64,000 bases of DNA, taken from an uncultured Verrucomicrobiae bacterium (GTDB lineage Bacteria > Verrucomicrobiota > Verrucomicrobiia > Limisphaerales > Palsa-1400). Within the stretch, counting starts at the first letter, position 1, and the number at the start of each line of letters is the position of its first letter. The notes beneath the pieces were generated by a model, which saw only the letters and a list, made by a program, of their open reading frames with translations, had not been told where the DNA came from and did no database searches. The DNA lies in contig OY969763.1 of NCBI GenBank assembly GCA_963702845.1, positions 3,840,001-3,904,000 on the forward strand, written 5' to 3'. Below, piece by piece: positions 9,618 through 19,382 of this stretch. Made by a program: the position numbers and the translations under genes.

Positions 9618-11177
9618 ATGAATGCGAAATCTTTTCTCGTAACAACATCCAGCGCGATGCTCTTCGCCGCCACTCTCTGCTTTAACAGCCACGCAGGCGA
9701 GACGGTGAAATGGGACCAAATTCCGAAAGCCGTCCAGGACACCATCTTGGCCAACGGCGGCAAAATTGATCAATCGGTCGATAAAGAGAGCGGCGCTGAC
9801 ACCGTCGGCAACCAAGCGACTTTCGAAGCTCCAGTGCAAAAAAACGGCAAATCCGTCGACCTTGTTATCACCGGCGATGGCAAACTGGTTCAAATCAAAG
9901 GCGACGATTCAACCGATGCGTCGGCCGAAAAAGTCGACATCGCCAAAAAACTTCTCGCAGACGTGAAATTCAGTCATCCGCGCGATATTACCAACCCTTA
10001 CCTGCCGATTTCCAAGTTGAAGCAGGACATCATTGAAGGCACCGAGGAAGGCAAAAAAATCCGCGTCGAACGCACCTTGCTCCCGGACAAGCACAAGACG
10101 TTCACCATAAATGGCCAGCAAGTCGACAGTCTGGTTTACGAAGATCGCGCCTTTATGAACGGCAAACTCGAGGAACTCGCCATCGACTATTTCGCCCAGG
10201 ACGACAACGGCACCGTGTATTACCTCGGCGAAGAAGTCACTGATTACGACGAAAGCGGCAAAGAACTTCCCTCAGGCAAAGCTGAATCGTGGATGACTGG
10301 CATCGACACCCCGATCCCCGGTGTCGTGATGCCGGCCAACCCAAAAATCGGCATGAAATTTAAATGTGAAGACGTTTCCAAAGACATCAGTGAAGCAGAT
10401 GAAATCATGGGCGAAGGCGAGACCGTCACCGTTCCCGCCGGGACCTTCACCGACTGCATTCGGGTCAAAGAAAAGCTCGCCGATGGCACCATCGAGTACA
10501 AATGGTACGCCAAAGACATCGGGGCCGTCCGCGAAATGCCCGACACGGGCGACGAGTTGTTGATTTCGCACAACGGCAAACCAAAAACGAAACTCAACAA
10601 ACCAGGCGCGAAGAATAGCGCGAACCGATCACCCACCAGCACTCCCACCGCGGCACAAGTCGCCACTTGGATCGCCGAATACAAAACCGCGCACCCGGGT
10701 CGCGGTGGAAAAGATTGGGACATCAACGAAAAAAGTCGTTCGAAAACTGAAGCCGATCCAAACCTGAAACGTTTCTTTGACCTCTGCGGCCCCGACCAGC
10801 GTCCGGTGATTCCTGCGCTTGCGTGGGAATACGGTGGCAAGGATCATCAATGGATTCATCCCGAAGGCTCCGCTTTGGTCTATTGCGTCTACACGCCCGC
10901 CAAACCGAACACCGACCATTGGAAATACGACAAATCGACCGATCACGTCACCACCGACGTTTACGTAAAATTCCCTGACCAAAACCCGTGCAAAAACGAA
11001 ACGGGCCCGGCCCAAGTGATGTCCTGTCTCGGCGACCACAGCAACATCGAAATTCTCGTCGACACTGCCAGCCTGAACGATGGCAAAGCCGCCGGCCTAA
11101 ATCTCGCCGAAGCTTCCACCGACCTCTACCTTCTCCAACCCAACGGCGCCCGCGTCCTGCTTTACCAAGGCAAGTAG
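9618..11177 (+). CDS. Secreted multi-domain hypothetical protein
   Basis: Signal peptide; PepSY-like start (QIPKAVQDTI), central beta-rich domain (ITNPYLP...DYFAQDDNGTVYYLGE), linker, Cys-containing C-terminal domain. Confidence 0.65.
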   Translation: MNAKSFLVTTSSAMLFAATLCFNSHAGETVKWDQIPKAVQDTILANGGKIDQSVDKESGADTVGNQATFEAPVQKNGKSVDLVITGDGKLVQIKGDDSTDASAEKVDIAKKLLADVKFSHPRDITNPYLPISKLKQDIIEGTEEGKKIRVERTLLPDKHKTFTINGQQVDSLVYEDRAFMNGKLEELAIDYFAQDDNGTVYYLGEEVTDYDESGKELPSGKAESWMTGIDTPIPGVVMPANPKIGMKFKCEDVSKDISEADEIMGEGETVTVPAGTFTDCIRVKEKLADGTIEYKWYAKDIGAVREMPDTGDELLISHNGKPKTKLNKPGAKNSANRSPTSTPTAAQVATWIAEYKTAHPGRGGKDWDINEKSRSKTEADPNLKRFFDLCGPDQRPVIPALAWEYGGKDHQWIHPEGSALVYCVYTPAKPNTDHWKYDKSTDHVTTDVYVKFPDQNPCKNETGPAQVMSCLGDHSNIEILVDTASLNDGKAAGLNLAEASTDLYLLQPNGARVLLYQGK

Positions 11178-11317
11178 CCCATTTTGTATGCGGGGTGCCG
11201 CCCGCTCGATCGATCGGCAAATTCACACTAACACTCCGGAAACCCCCTCCTTCCCTTTGGTGCCTTGGAGGCTTGGTGGCTAAGTTAAATGTTTCAGCCC
11301 TCTGCTAATCACCGCCG

Positions 11318-11740
11318 CTACTTCCTCGACCTCTTCCCGAACAATTTCCCCAACCCGGTCCACGCCAACAACCCAAATCCAACCGATGTCCCGGTAATCG
11401 GAGTCGGAATCGCCGCCAATACAGCAAGTACACTAGCGAACGCCAAAGCACGCCCGTTCCCGTCATGCTTCAGGTGTTTTTGAATCAAAAAAGTCGGAAA
11501 GAAAACCGCCACAAAACAAAACGGAATCGCCACAATCCAAATCGGCGGCGCGAAATCAAACACCACCCACAAACTATCCACCGCCGTCAAAATCAAAGCC
11601 GACAACGCATGAATCGGCGCTCCTTCGGCAGTTGACGTTGCGGGCCTTTCGGGCGGCAAAACCTCTATCGGCACGGCCTTCGCCTGCACCTCGCTTATTT
11701 TCGGCGGCATTTCCACAAGCACCGCGAATATTACCTCCAA
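11318..11740 (-). CDS. Hypothetical membrane protein
   Basis: Several hydrophobic helices; start codon uncertain. Confidence 0.55.
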   Translation of the reverse strand: MEVIFAVLVEMPPKISEVQAKAVPIEVLPPERPATSTAEGAPIHALSALILTAVDSLWVVFDFAPPIWIVAIPFCFVAVFFPTFLIQKHLKHDGNGRALAFASVLAVLAAIPTPITGTSVGFGLLAWTGLGKLFGKRSRK

Positions 11741-11835
11741 TCCCCCGCCCTCGCAAGAAACGCCCGATGTCGCTCACCCGTCCAGCGTGCGAGTGTACGC
11801 GGCATCTCGCCGCCGTTCCGACTCACCAGAAAGAC

Positions 11836-12126
11836 CTATTCATCGCTCGCTGCCAATGAATCCATATCGCCCAACTCACGGACGAAAGTCATCTGCGCTG
11901 GCACGATCACTAAGGCATTGGCCGCAGTATGCACACCTCCGCAGGGCGCTGTGAACGGCAGAGTCACAACAAAGGCCACGCTGCCCAGAATCATCGTTGC
12001 GAAACAAACCGGTCGCACCACCACGGCATCAGCCGCAACTTCTGTGGGAGTCCCGGCACGTGCCAACCCACCGGCCAGCAACACAATTACCACGGCACAA
12101 CCAACCGCTATCACCCTCTTTTTCAT
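11836..12126 (-). CDS. Small exported/membrane hypothetical protein
   Basis: MKKRVIAVGC signal peptide; DAVVVRP...FVVTLPF...TFVRELG motif. Confidence 0.65.
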   Translation of the reverse strand: MKKRVIAVGCAVVIVLLAGGLARAGTPTEVAADAVVVRPVCFATMILGSVAFVVTLPFTAPCGGVHTAANALVIVPAQMTFVRELGDMDSLAASDE

Positions 12127-12409
12127 GCCGGAATTTATGGCACGTCGTCTGTCCGCTTGGTATCCGGCATTTCTGTATTCTGAAACCATCGACGTTCCCA
12201 TTTCCTGTGTCGCCCAAACCCTTTTCGCAAACGGCGAAGCCACCTCAACAATTTAACCATTAGATCCGCACCACGTCGTTAGTATTTGCGAGATGAGAAC
12301 CATCCTAAAACCGGTCGCCGCGGAATGTGTCTAACACCGCAGGACAAACTTTTAGGATCATGTTGTGGCTTAGCTGAATTAATATGAAGCCCCTGATGGC
12401 AAGTGTGCC

Positions 12410-12439
12410 TTGGATATGGAAATTGGATATGGAAATTGG
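12410..12439. repeat. 13-bp tandem repeat (TTGGATATGGAAA x2.3)
   Basis: Read directly upstream of the antiporter. Confidence 0.7.
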
Positions 12440-12570
12440 TAGGAAAGGAGAAACCTTTTCAAACGGGCCGAGTTTTACGACGCTGACTGCGAATCAGGAA
12501 CACAAATTCCCGAAGCCGCCGAGCGGAAAATGGAAAAACCAGCCAACTCTAAAGCGCTAGGAAGATCACT

Positions 12571-13791
12571 ATGGGATTCGTCGAAGCCTTACGGCACCAC
12601 GCCTCGACCTTGCCGCTGCTGGCGAAGTTCGCCATCGTCATGGCGATCATTGCCAGCGTCCCGCGGCTCTGCCGCCGGGTCCGGGTCCCGGTCGTCGTCG
12701 GGATGCTCCTCTGTGGGATCGTCGTCGGCCCCTACGGCGTAGACATCTTCGCGAAAGAGGCCCCCATCACCGATTTCCTGGGCGAACTCGGGAAGCTCCT
12801 CCTCATGTTCTTCTCCGGCCTCGAGATCGACCTGGAGCTCTTCAAGAAAGCACGCAACCGGACCATCACCTTCGGCATCGTTACCACGAGCGTCCCGTTG
12901 GTGTTCGGCACCTGCGTGGCCCTCGCGTTCGGCTACCACACGATCCCTGCCATCGTTATTGGGTCGCTCCTCGCCTCCCACACCTTGCTCGCCCTTTCGG
13001 CCGTCACTAAAATCGGCGCCATCCGACTGGAGCCGGTCATCATCACCATCGGCGCGACCGTCATGTCCGACACCCTTTCCCTGATCGTCTTCGCACTCTG
13101 CGTTTCGATGTTCGAACGCGGCTTCTCTGCCAGCGGCCTGATCTGGCAACTGGCTGAGATCGGAATCTTCCTTGCGGTCCTCTTCCTCGTCATCGGGCCA
13201 ATCGGAAAATGGCTCCTGCGCAAGTACGAACACGACGAGGACGTCTACTTCATTTTGATGCTTTTGATCGTCGGAGTCGCAGCTTTACTGGCCGACATCG
13301 TCACCCTCCCGGGGATCGTCGGGGCCTTCCTGGTCGGCCTGGCGGTGAACTCCGCAGCCCACAAAAACCCGGCCCGGGAGAAGCTCGAGTTCCTCGGCAA
13401 CAACTTGTTCATCCCGATCTTCTTCCTGACCATCGGGTTCATCATCAACCCCGTTGCCTTCGCCCACACCATCGCCGACCGGCTCCCCCTTTCGGGCGCC
13501 ATAATCGGCGCGTTGCTGGCCGGCAAGTGGGTGGCTGCCCAAACCGTTGGGCGCTGCTTCCGCTACTCCACGATTGCCCGCCGCACGATGTGGGCCCTCA
13601 CACTTCCGCAGGTCGCGGCCACCCTCGCCGCCGCCCTCGTCGCCTACCAAACCTTCAACTCGGCCAAAGAACGCCTGCTCGACCGTGGGACACTTAACGT
13701 CGTTCTCGTCCTGGTCCTCGTCACGTCCATTCTCGGCCCCGTCCTCGTCGACGTGTTTGCCCCGCGCCTTGTTGCCGAGTCAAAGCGGTGA
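12571..13791 (+). CDS. Cation:proton antiporter (CPA2/Kef-type)
   Basis: About 12 TM helices; LLLMFFSGLEID, LLASHTL, FIPIFFLTIG motifs. Confidence 0.9.
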   Translation: MGFVEALRHHASTLPLLAKFAIVMAIIASVPRLCRRVRVPVVVGMLLCGIVVGPYGVDIFAKEAPITDFLGELGKLLLMFFSGLEIDLELFKKARNRTITFGIVTTSVPLVFGTCVALAFGYHTIPAIVIGSLLASHTLLALSAVTKIGAIRLEPVIITIGATVMSDTLSLIVFALCVSMFERGFSASGLIWQLAEIGIFLAVLFLVIGPIGKWLLRKYEHDEDVYFILMLLIVGVAALLADIVTLPGIVGAFLVGLAVNSAAHKNPAREKLEFLGNNLFIPIFFLTIGFIINPVAFAHTIADRLPLSGAIIGALLAGKWVAAQTVGRCFRYSTIARRTMWALTLPQVAATLAAALVAYQTFNSAKERLLDRGTLNVVLVLVLVTSILGPVLVDVFAPRLVAESKR

Positions 13792-13852
13792 CGGTTGCGT
13801 CAGCTTTTTGGGTCGGTTGTGGACCCGACGGTTTCTACCTTTCCGAAATTTA

Positions 13853-13969
13853 AAAAATGTCGCTCATTGTCGCTCATTCCTTCTCATTGTGGCTCTTTTG
13901 AGAAACATGGAGACACTTGGGAGAAACAAATGAGAAACATTGGAGAAGAATATGTTTCTCATTTATCGC
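13853..13969 (-). repeat. Dispersed repeat copy A (inverted homolog of 55434-55550), internal 10-bp-phased units
   Basis: Hand alignment: 117 nt ungapped, 9 mismatches versus the reverse complement of 55434-55550. Confidence 0.95.
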
Positions 13970-14328
13970 TCCAAGTTTTCGTCTCTGATCCAAGATGCGA
14001 GATGCTGGATTTTTTTAGGTCCGGTTAACTCCGGTTGGCTTCGGATTGACGATAAAGGGCACGATCGTTGTGCGAAGCTCCGGAAAAAACTTTTTTTGGT
14101 GCCGTTTACTGCCGGATGGTGCCGTTTGCTGCCGACCACCGAGGAAGTCGGGACACTGCGGCTACGAACGCAAGGCAAACAATTTTATTTTGGTGTTCTT
14201 AGGGTTCCTTATCGGTATTTTTGGAACACCTTCGGGACCTCTAATTTTGCCGCATGGCACGCTTAAGAACACTTAGCAGATCCGCGAGGGACAGTTAAGA
14301 GCATCTGACGGTTGTCCATTGCCCTAAA

Positions 14329-14461
14329 TTTCAAAGAACGATTCCCCGAGCCAATGCAGAGTTCAAAATGCAGAATGCAGGATGACACAAAGCAATCCTC
14401 GACAGGATGCCGGTAGCGACCGGCTGTTGCATAGTGTGTCGTGAAGCAGCTGCACCGTCAA
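14329..14461 (-). promoter_or_regulatory. Promoter TTGACG-N17-CACACT, hairpin GCCGGT-cgct-ACCGGC and boxA-like CGTTCTTTGAAA (element copy A head)
   Basis: Same blocks in the same order at 55245-55329 on the opposite strand. Confidence 0.7.
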
Positions 14462-14562
14462 GCATTACTGCTTCGGCTTCGCCCCGCCAAAAACCAAAAC
14501 CCCTCCCGCCATTCCGGAAATTAATTTTGGCAATCGCTCTAGGAGTTTCCCCTCCTTTTAAA

Positions 14563-16296
14563 ATGGCGCGATTGATGCAACGTTGCCCCATGAGGTTGGG
14601 GGTCAGAGTCATCCTGCTAACCGTGGGGCTTTTTGCGACGACCGCGCATTTGATTGCCGCGACTAATGCAGTAGAAGCAGGCGGCGTCCCTGTTACTTTA
14701 TCGCCGCAGGAGCGCGAGTGGATCGCCGGGCATCCGGCGATGCGCGTCGGCGTTTTGACTAATTGGGCTCCTTTCACCTATATCGGGCCAGACGGAAACC
14801 CGAGCGGAATAGATATCGATATTCTGGATCTCATCTCGCAACGCACGGGTTTGAGGTTTGAACTCAAACCGTACAAAAGCTGGGAAGACTTGTTGGCGAA
14901 CTCGAACCAAATCGATATGGTATGCAGTACCGTTCAATCGCCGGTTCGGGCCCAAGTGGTCGACTTTACCATACCTTATACCACGTCTCCGTTGGTTATC
15001 GTGCAACGCGAAGGAGAGGAGGCATTCGGCCCCACAGCGGTCCTGGCAAACAAGAGGATTGCGTTGCCTCGAAGCCATCTCACGACGCAAGTAGTGACCA
15101 TTCGCCTGCCTTTGGCGCTGGTGATTTTCGCAGCGACGCAGGAAGACTGCTTCAAATCGGTGGAAAAGAAAAAGGCCGATGCGACCATAGCAAACCTGTA
15201 CATCGCCAGCCAATATCTGAACAGCCATCCGGAAATCAAATTGTCGATCACCGGTGTGATTTCCAGATCCATCATGTCCCAGAGAATGGCGGTCCGTCGC
15301 GATCTTGATCATGGATTGCCAGTGGCCATTTTGGACAAGGGATTGACCTCAGTCACCCACGAAGAACTGGATGAAATCGTGAGCAGACATCTTTTGTTCG
15401 GGTTGGAATCGCGGCAGCGTGTTGGCATAGTGGAGAAACGGGCGAAGCAGGTCTTGATAGCTGCAGCTATTGCCGGACTGCTCGTGGTGTCGTGGAATTA
15501 CTTCATACGGAAAGAGATTGGCGTCCGGCGCAAGGCCGAAGCCGAATTATTGGAGGCCAATAAATCGATGCAGGTCTTTTCTCATTCGCTCTCCCACGAC
15601 CTGCGTGCACCGTTGCGTGGCATCACCGGCTTTGCCCAGGTGCTTAAGGAAGACTGCTACGAAAAGCTGAATCGCGAGGAGCAAGGTTACCTGGAGCGCA
15701 TCATTACCAGTGGTTCTCGTATGGACAATATGATCGCCGACGTCCTCGCTTACAGTCGCGCCACAAGCTCGGACTGGCCGATGGACACAGTCGAGCTCGA
15801 TCCGTTAGTTCATCAATTGATCGACGGAGTTCCACCGGAGCAGCGTCAATATTTTCAAATCGATTCAACACTCCCAGCGGTGCGGGGTAATCCCACACTG
15901 TTGACGCAAATCCTGGAAAACCTCCTTTCGAATGCTGTAAGGTTTGTTCCCAAGGAACGAACGCCACAGGTGGTCATTCGCGCCACACAGGAGGATTCGG
16001 AGGTTACGGTGTTCGTGGAGGACAATGGCATTGGTGTTGAGCCAAAGGATCAGAAACGGATTTTTCAGATTTTCGAGCGCGCGGCGCCTGCAGATTACAA
16101 GGGCACAGGAATTGGATTGGCAGTGGTGGCGAAGGCGGCGGAACGGATGGACGGTAGCGTGGGGGTGGAGTCAGAGGTCGGGAAAGGCAGTCGATTTTGG
16201 ATTCGGTTGCCCGGTGCGAGCGCGGAAAAGGCGGCGCGGGAGCCCAGCCGGACGCAGCCGTTTTGGCATAGGTTTGTACTGCGGAGAGGGACTTAA
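14563..16296 (+). CDS. Sensor histidine kinase with periplasmic substrate-binding (PBPb) domain
   Basis: WAPF...GIDIDIL SBP domain, TM helix, SHDLRAPLR H-box, NLLSNA N-box, DNGIG and GTGIGL G-boxes; start chosen among several ATGs. Confidence 0.9.
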   Translation: MARLMQRCPMRLGVRVILLTVGLFATTAHLIAATNAVEAGGVPVTLSPQEREWIAGHPAMRVGVLTNWAPFTYIGPDGNPSGIDIDILDLISQRTGLRFELKPYKSWEDLLANSNQIDMVCSTVQSPVRAQVVDFTIPYTTSPLVIVQREGEEAFGPTAVLANKRIALPRSHLTTQVVTIRLPLALVIFAATQEDCFKSVEKKKADATIANLYIASQYLNSHPEIKLSITGVISRSIMSQRMAVRRDLDHGLPVAILDKGLTSVTHEELDEIVSRHLLFGLESRQRVGIVEKRAKQVLIAAAIAGLLVVSWNYFIRKEIGVRRKAEAELLEANKSMQVFSHSLSHDLRAPLRGITGFAQVLKEDCYEKLNREEQGYLERIITSGSRMDNMIADVLAYSRATSSDWPMDTVELDPLVHQLIDGVPPEQRQYFQIDSTLPAVRGNPTLLTQILENLLSNAVRFVPKERTPQVVIRATQEDSEVTVFVEDNGIGVEPKDQKRIFQIFERAAPADYKGTGIGLAVVAKAAERMDGSVGVESEVGKGSRFWIRLPGASAEKAAREPSRTQPFWHRFVLRRGT

Positions 16297-16539
16297 GTGA
16301 CGAGTGCGCCAGGAGAGCCAGAGGCCGATTTACTTTAGTTTCATCAATGCTCCGATGTAAATTGTCAGCGGCATCACTCACGCGTCCGTGCGCCTTTCTC
16401 TCAACCCAAAAACCTGTTCTCTGAGTCCATCGGAGGCGCGTTTAAATTTCAGCAGCGACTCAACCAAAACCCTGTGCGCCATTACGTGAAAAATCTCTGT
16501 AGGAAAAAGTATTCCTGAACGGAAGTTACCTCGAGTTTC

Positions 16540-17994
16540 ATGAAGACAGATGCCAATGCTTCATCCAAGACGTCGGTCTTCGCTGCGCTTGACGAAGCGC
16601 CGATGACGCCCGTGCGGTATCTCTACTGGCTGCTGGCTAGCGGCGGCACTTTGCTCGACGGCTTTTCGGTCGTCAGCCTCGGCATCGCCGTTCCCCTGCT
16701 CAAGCGGGACATGACTATCAGCCCGTTTGTGGTCGGGCTGATTGGTTCGGCTCTGGTCCTTGGGGCCGTGCTTGGCGCTGTGCTCGGTGGCGTTGCGGCG
16801 GATAGGCTCGGTCGTAAACGTGTTTTTATTATCGATATGGCGATCCTGACAGTGGGATTTGGCCTGTGCGTGATCGCGCATGATCCGGGGATCATTCTGG
16901 TTGGTCAGTTCGTGATCGGGATCGGCGTTGGGATCGATTTTCCTACAAGCAGCTCTTACGTCTCCGAGATAATGCCGCGAGCCGTCCGCAGCCGGATGAC
17001 GATCGCGACGATTGCGATGCAATCAGTCGGTATGATCGCGGCGGCTCTTACGGCCCTTGCGATTTTTCGGGCGCACCCGTCGCTGACGGATTGGCGGATA
17101 TTACTCGGAGCGGGCGGTTTGATCGGGTTGGCTTTCGTGGTCACGCGCCTGCGCCTTCCCGAAAGCCCGCGTTGGCTGGCGGAAAAGCACCGACTGCGCG
17201 AGGCTGCCGCGGTGTTGTCGCATCTGACCGGAATTCCAGCATCGCTCGCGGGCATGGAGACGGTCGCGAAGGAGGCACCGACCCAACAAGGATCGCCCAA
17301 AGCCCAGGGCATTTCTGCCCTGTTCGCCCCACACTACAGGGCGCGCACGTTGCTCATTTCCCTCCCCTGGCTGATGATGGATGTCGCTACTTACGGCGTC
17401 GGCCTGTTCACACCGGTCATTTTAGGCGCGATGCACTTCGGTTCGCCAGGCAGCGGCACACTGGCGTCCGTCTATGCGGATGCGAAAGGGAGCGGCATCG
17501 TCGACCTGTTCCTGCTATTCGGTTTCATCGCCGGTATGTGGGCAGTTCCACGCTTCCGCCGAATTCCGATGCAGATCGGGGGCTTCGCTGGCATGACCGT
17601 GGGAATGCTTCTTCTGATGTTCGCCGCGAGGGCGGGCAATGGCGCTGGCATGCATGTCGGGATGGTGATCGCCGGTTTCATCATCTTTAACTTCGCGATG
17701 AATGTGGGCCCGAATTCTACGACATTCACCTTGGCGCCGGTTCTCTTCCCGACGGCTATCCGGGCGTCGGCGAGCGGCTTTGCGGCAGCATGCGCAAAGA
17801 TTGGAGCGACCGTTGGGACGTTTGTTGTTCCGCAGTTGCAAGCCGCCTGGGGATTGACCGGTGTCCTTGCGCTCATGGCCTTTGTCAGCATCGGCGGTCT
17901 TGTGGCCACCGCCATTTTCGCGCACGAGGTACATGATGAAGATAAGATGGAAGAGACGCCGGACGAGCACTCGCCCCAGGGAACTGCCGCGTAA
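16540..17994 (+). CDS. MFS transporter (sugar/phosphate porter-like)
   Basis: ADRLGRKR motif A, PESPRWL, 12 TM helices. Confidence 0.9.
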   Translation: MKTDANASSKTSVFAALDEAPMTPVRYLYWLLASGGTLLDGFSVVSLGIAVPLLKRDMTISPFVVGLIGSALVLGAVLGAVLGGVAADRLGRKRVFIIDMAILTVGFGLCVIAHDPGIILVGQFVIGIGVGIDFPTSSSYVSEIMPRAVRSRMTIATIAMQSVGMIAAALTALAIFRAHPSLTDWRILLGAGGLIGLAFVVTRLRLPESPRWLAEKHRLREAAAVLSHLTGIPASLAGMETVAKEAPTQQGSPKAQGISALFAPHYRARTLLISLPWLMMDVATYGVGLFTPVILGAMHFGSPGSGTLASVYADAKGSGIVDLFLLFGFIAGMWAVPRFRRIPMQIGGFAGMTVGMLLLMFAARAGNGAGMHVGMVIAGFIIFNFAMNVGPNSTTFTLAPVLFPTAIRASASGFAAACAKIGATVGTFVVPQLQAAWGLTGVLALMAFVSIGGLVATAIFAHEVHDEDKMEETPDEHSPQGTAA

Positions 17995-18354
17995 TAATTG
18001 AATGGGCTTAAGCAGTGCATTGATTCCCCTTCTGACCGCCGTAAATGCGTTTGAGGTCGGCGAGGGCCTGATCGTGACTGGCATCGTCCGGGACAGCGGG
18101 TTCACCGCAGGCGAGATGACCGAACTCCGTACCGATTTCGATAAGGCGCGCGACGCGGCTTAGCGATGGCAGAGCAGACGACGGGCGTAATTGAGCGGTG
18201 AACTTTACCGAAATAATTGGCGATTGGATTCGAACTTGTCGGAGGATGGGAGTCGCGAACAACTAGAGTAAAATAAACGACCGCGTGGGCGCGGAAATTA
18301 TTAGGTTTTCCCTGATGATAAAGTAAAAAGTGACCCGTCAACCTAGGGCTCCAC

Positions 18355-19314
18355 TCAACGAACCAGGGATGGATCACGATAGACTTTATGGCAGGCGGCG
18401 CAGGACTTGCCGACGGCATCGGTGCTTTTGTCCAGTTCGCCACGCACGGCGGAAGAGTTGTCGGTCTGGAAGCGCCGGAGCAGTTGTTCGAGAGTTTTCG
18501 CGCGGGTTTCGGCGAGTTTTAGTTTTTCAAGGAAGGCATCGCCACGATCGGCGGCGGCTTTGAGACGTTGCGCCTCGCGAAAATGCTCCGAAAGGATGAC
18601 CGCTTCATTGGGCGGGTCCAGATCCGGCTGCTCGCTGGGCGCGCGGTAGCTGGCCTTGCGTATTGCCTTGAGATGATCCCATTGGCCGTCGACGGCGACC
18701 ATGGTGTCCACCAATCCGGGAAGTTTTGCCACTTCCGGAAAATTGGCGGGAAGCTTTTCCAGCAACTCGGGAGGAGGGGTGTGGAAGTCGCGCACGGTCT
18801 TGAATAATCCGGTATAGTTCGTGGCAGTGCCGGCGGTATTGAGCCACTCTTCGGCTCGCGCGTTGCTCCAGCCCGCGGTCGCCATGCAGATAACGGCGGC
18901 GGCGGTTGGCCCGCGGTGTTGGCCATGATGGCAGTGAACGAAGATGGGGCCGGGAAGAATTTTGGACGCTTTGATCAACTCAGCCTGGGTATCGGTGTTG
19001 ATTCCGTTGTAACCGTGCGGCAAATGCGCGTAATGCATGCCGTGTTTGTGGGCCAGATCGATGTCGGGTTTTGAGCCATCGACCGTAATTACACTTTTGA
19101 TGCCTAACCGCTGGAGGGAAGCAAATCCGGCGTCGCCTTCCGGAGCGGAGCCGGAATAGATGCGTCCTGAAAGTTGAAAAAAGTTTTTTATTCCGTCTGC
19201 CTGAAGCGGAATGGGGAATTTTATGACCAGCTTCTGGGGATCAGCTTCGGTGGATTGAACGAAGGTGCAAAGAAGCAGAACTGCGAGGCAACTTGAACAA
19301 AAACTCCGTATCAC
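18355..19314 (-). CDS. Exported PTP/DUF442-like phosphatase domain fused to a cytochrome c'-like C-terminus
   Basis: Signal peptide; P-loop VHCHHGQHRG (HCx5R); helical C-terminal domain ending SCAACHKVYRD (CxxCH). Confidence 0.75.
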   Translation of the reverse strand: MIRSFCSSCLAVLLLCTFVQSTEADPQKLVIKFPIPLQADGIKNFFQLSGRIYSGSAPEGDAGFASLQRLGIKSVITVDGSKPDIDLAHKHGMHYAHLPHGYNGINTDTQAELIKASKILPGPIFVHCHHGQHRGPTAAAVICMATAGWSNARAEEWLNTAGTATNYTGLFKTVRDFHTPPPELLEKLPANFPEVAKLPGLVDTMVAVDGQWDHLKAIRKASYRAPSEQPDLDPPNEAVILSEHFREAQRLKAAADRGDAFLEKLKLAETRAKTLEQLLRRFQTDNSSAVRGELDKSTDAVGKSCAACHKVYRDPSLVR

Positions 19315-19320
19315 GTTGCG

Positions 19321-19348
19321 TTTTTATCGAGACTACTCTCGATGTCAA
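19321..19348 (-). promoter_or_regulatory. Promoter TTGACA-N16-TAAAAA with perfect palindrome ATCGAGA-N4-TCTCGAT in the spacer
   Basis: Read directly, just upstream of GTG 19314. Confidence 0.55.
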
Positions 19349-19382
19349 GAAAGTCTGACTTGTCAGGGTCAAACCACCATCT

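Noticed and set aside
13853..13969. Repeat arrays as CRISPR or parS sites
   Set aside because: Units are 10-11 bp with no unique spacers and no cas genes; TGTTTCTCA only partly resembles the 16-bp parS palindrome.
13795..14028. Small ORFs 13795-14028 and 55375-55593 sharing IPSHCG..EKHG...EKQMRNIGEEYVSHLS as a microprotein family
   Set aside because: Similarity is confined to the DNA repeat, starts and ends are unrelated, and substitutions follow the 10-bp unit rather than codon positions.
18215..18270. GTTCGAATCC on the minus strand as a tRNA T-arm
   Set aside because: No cloverleaf or acceptor stem could be built around it.
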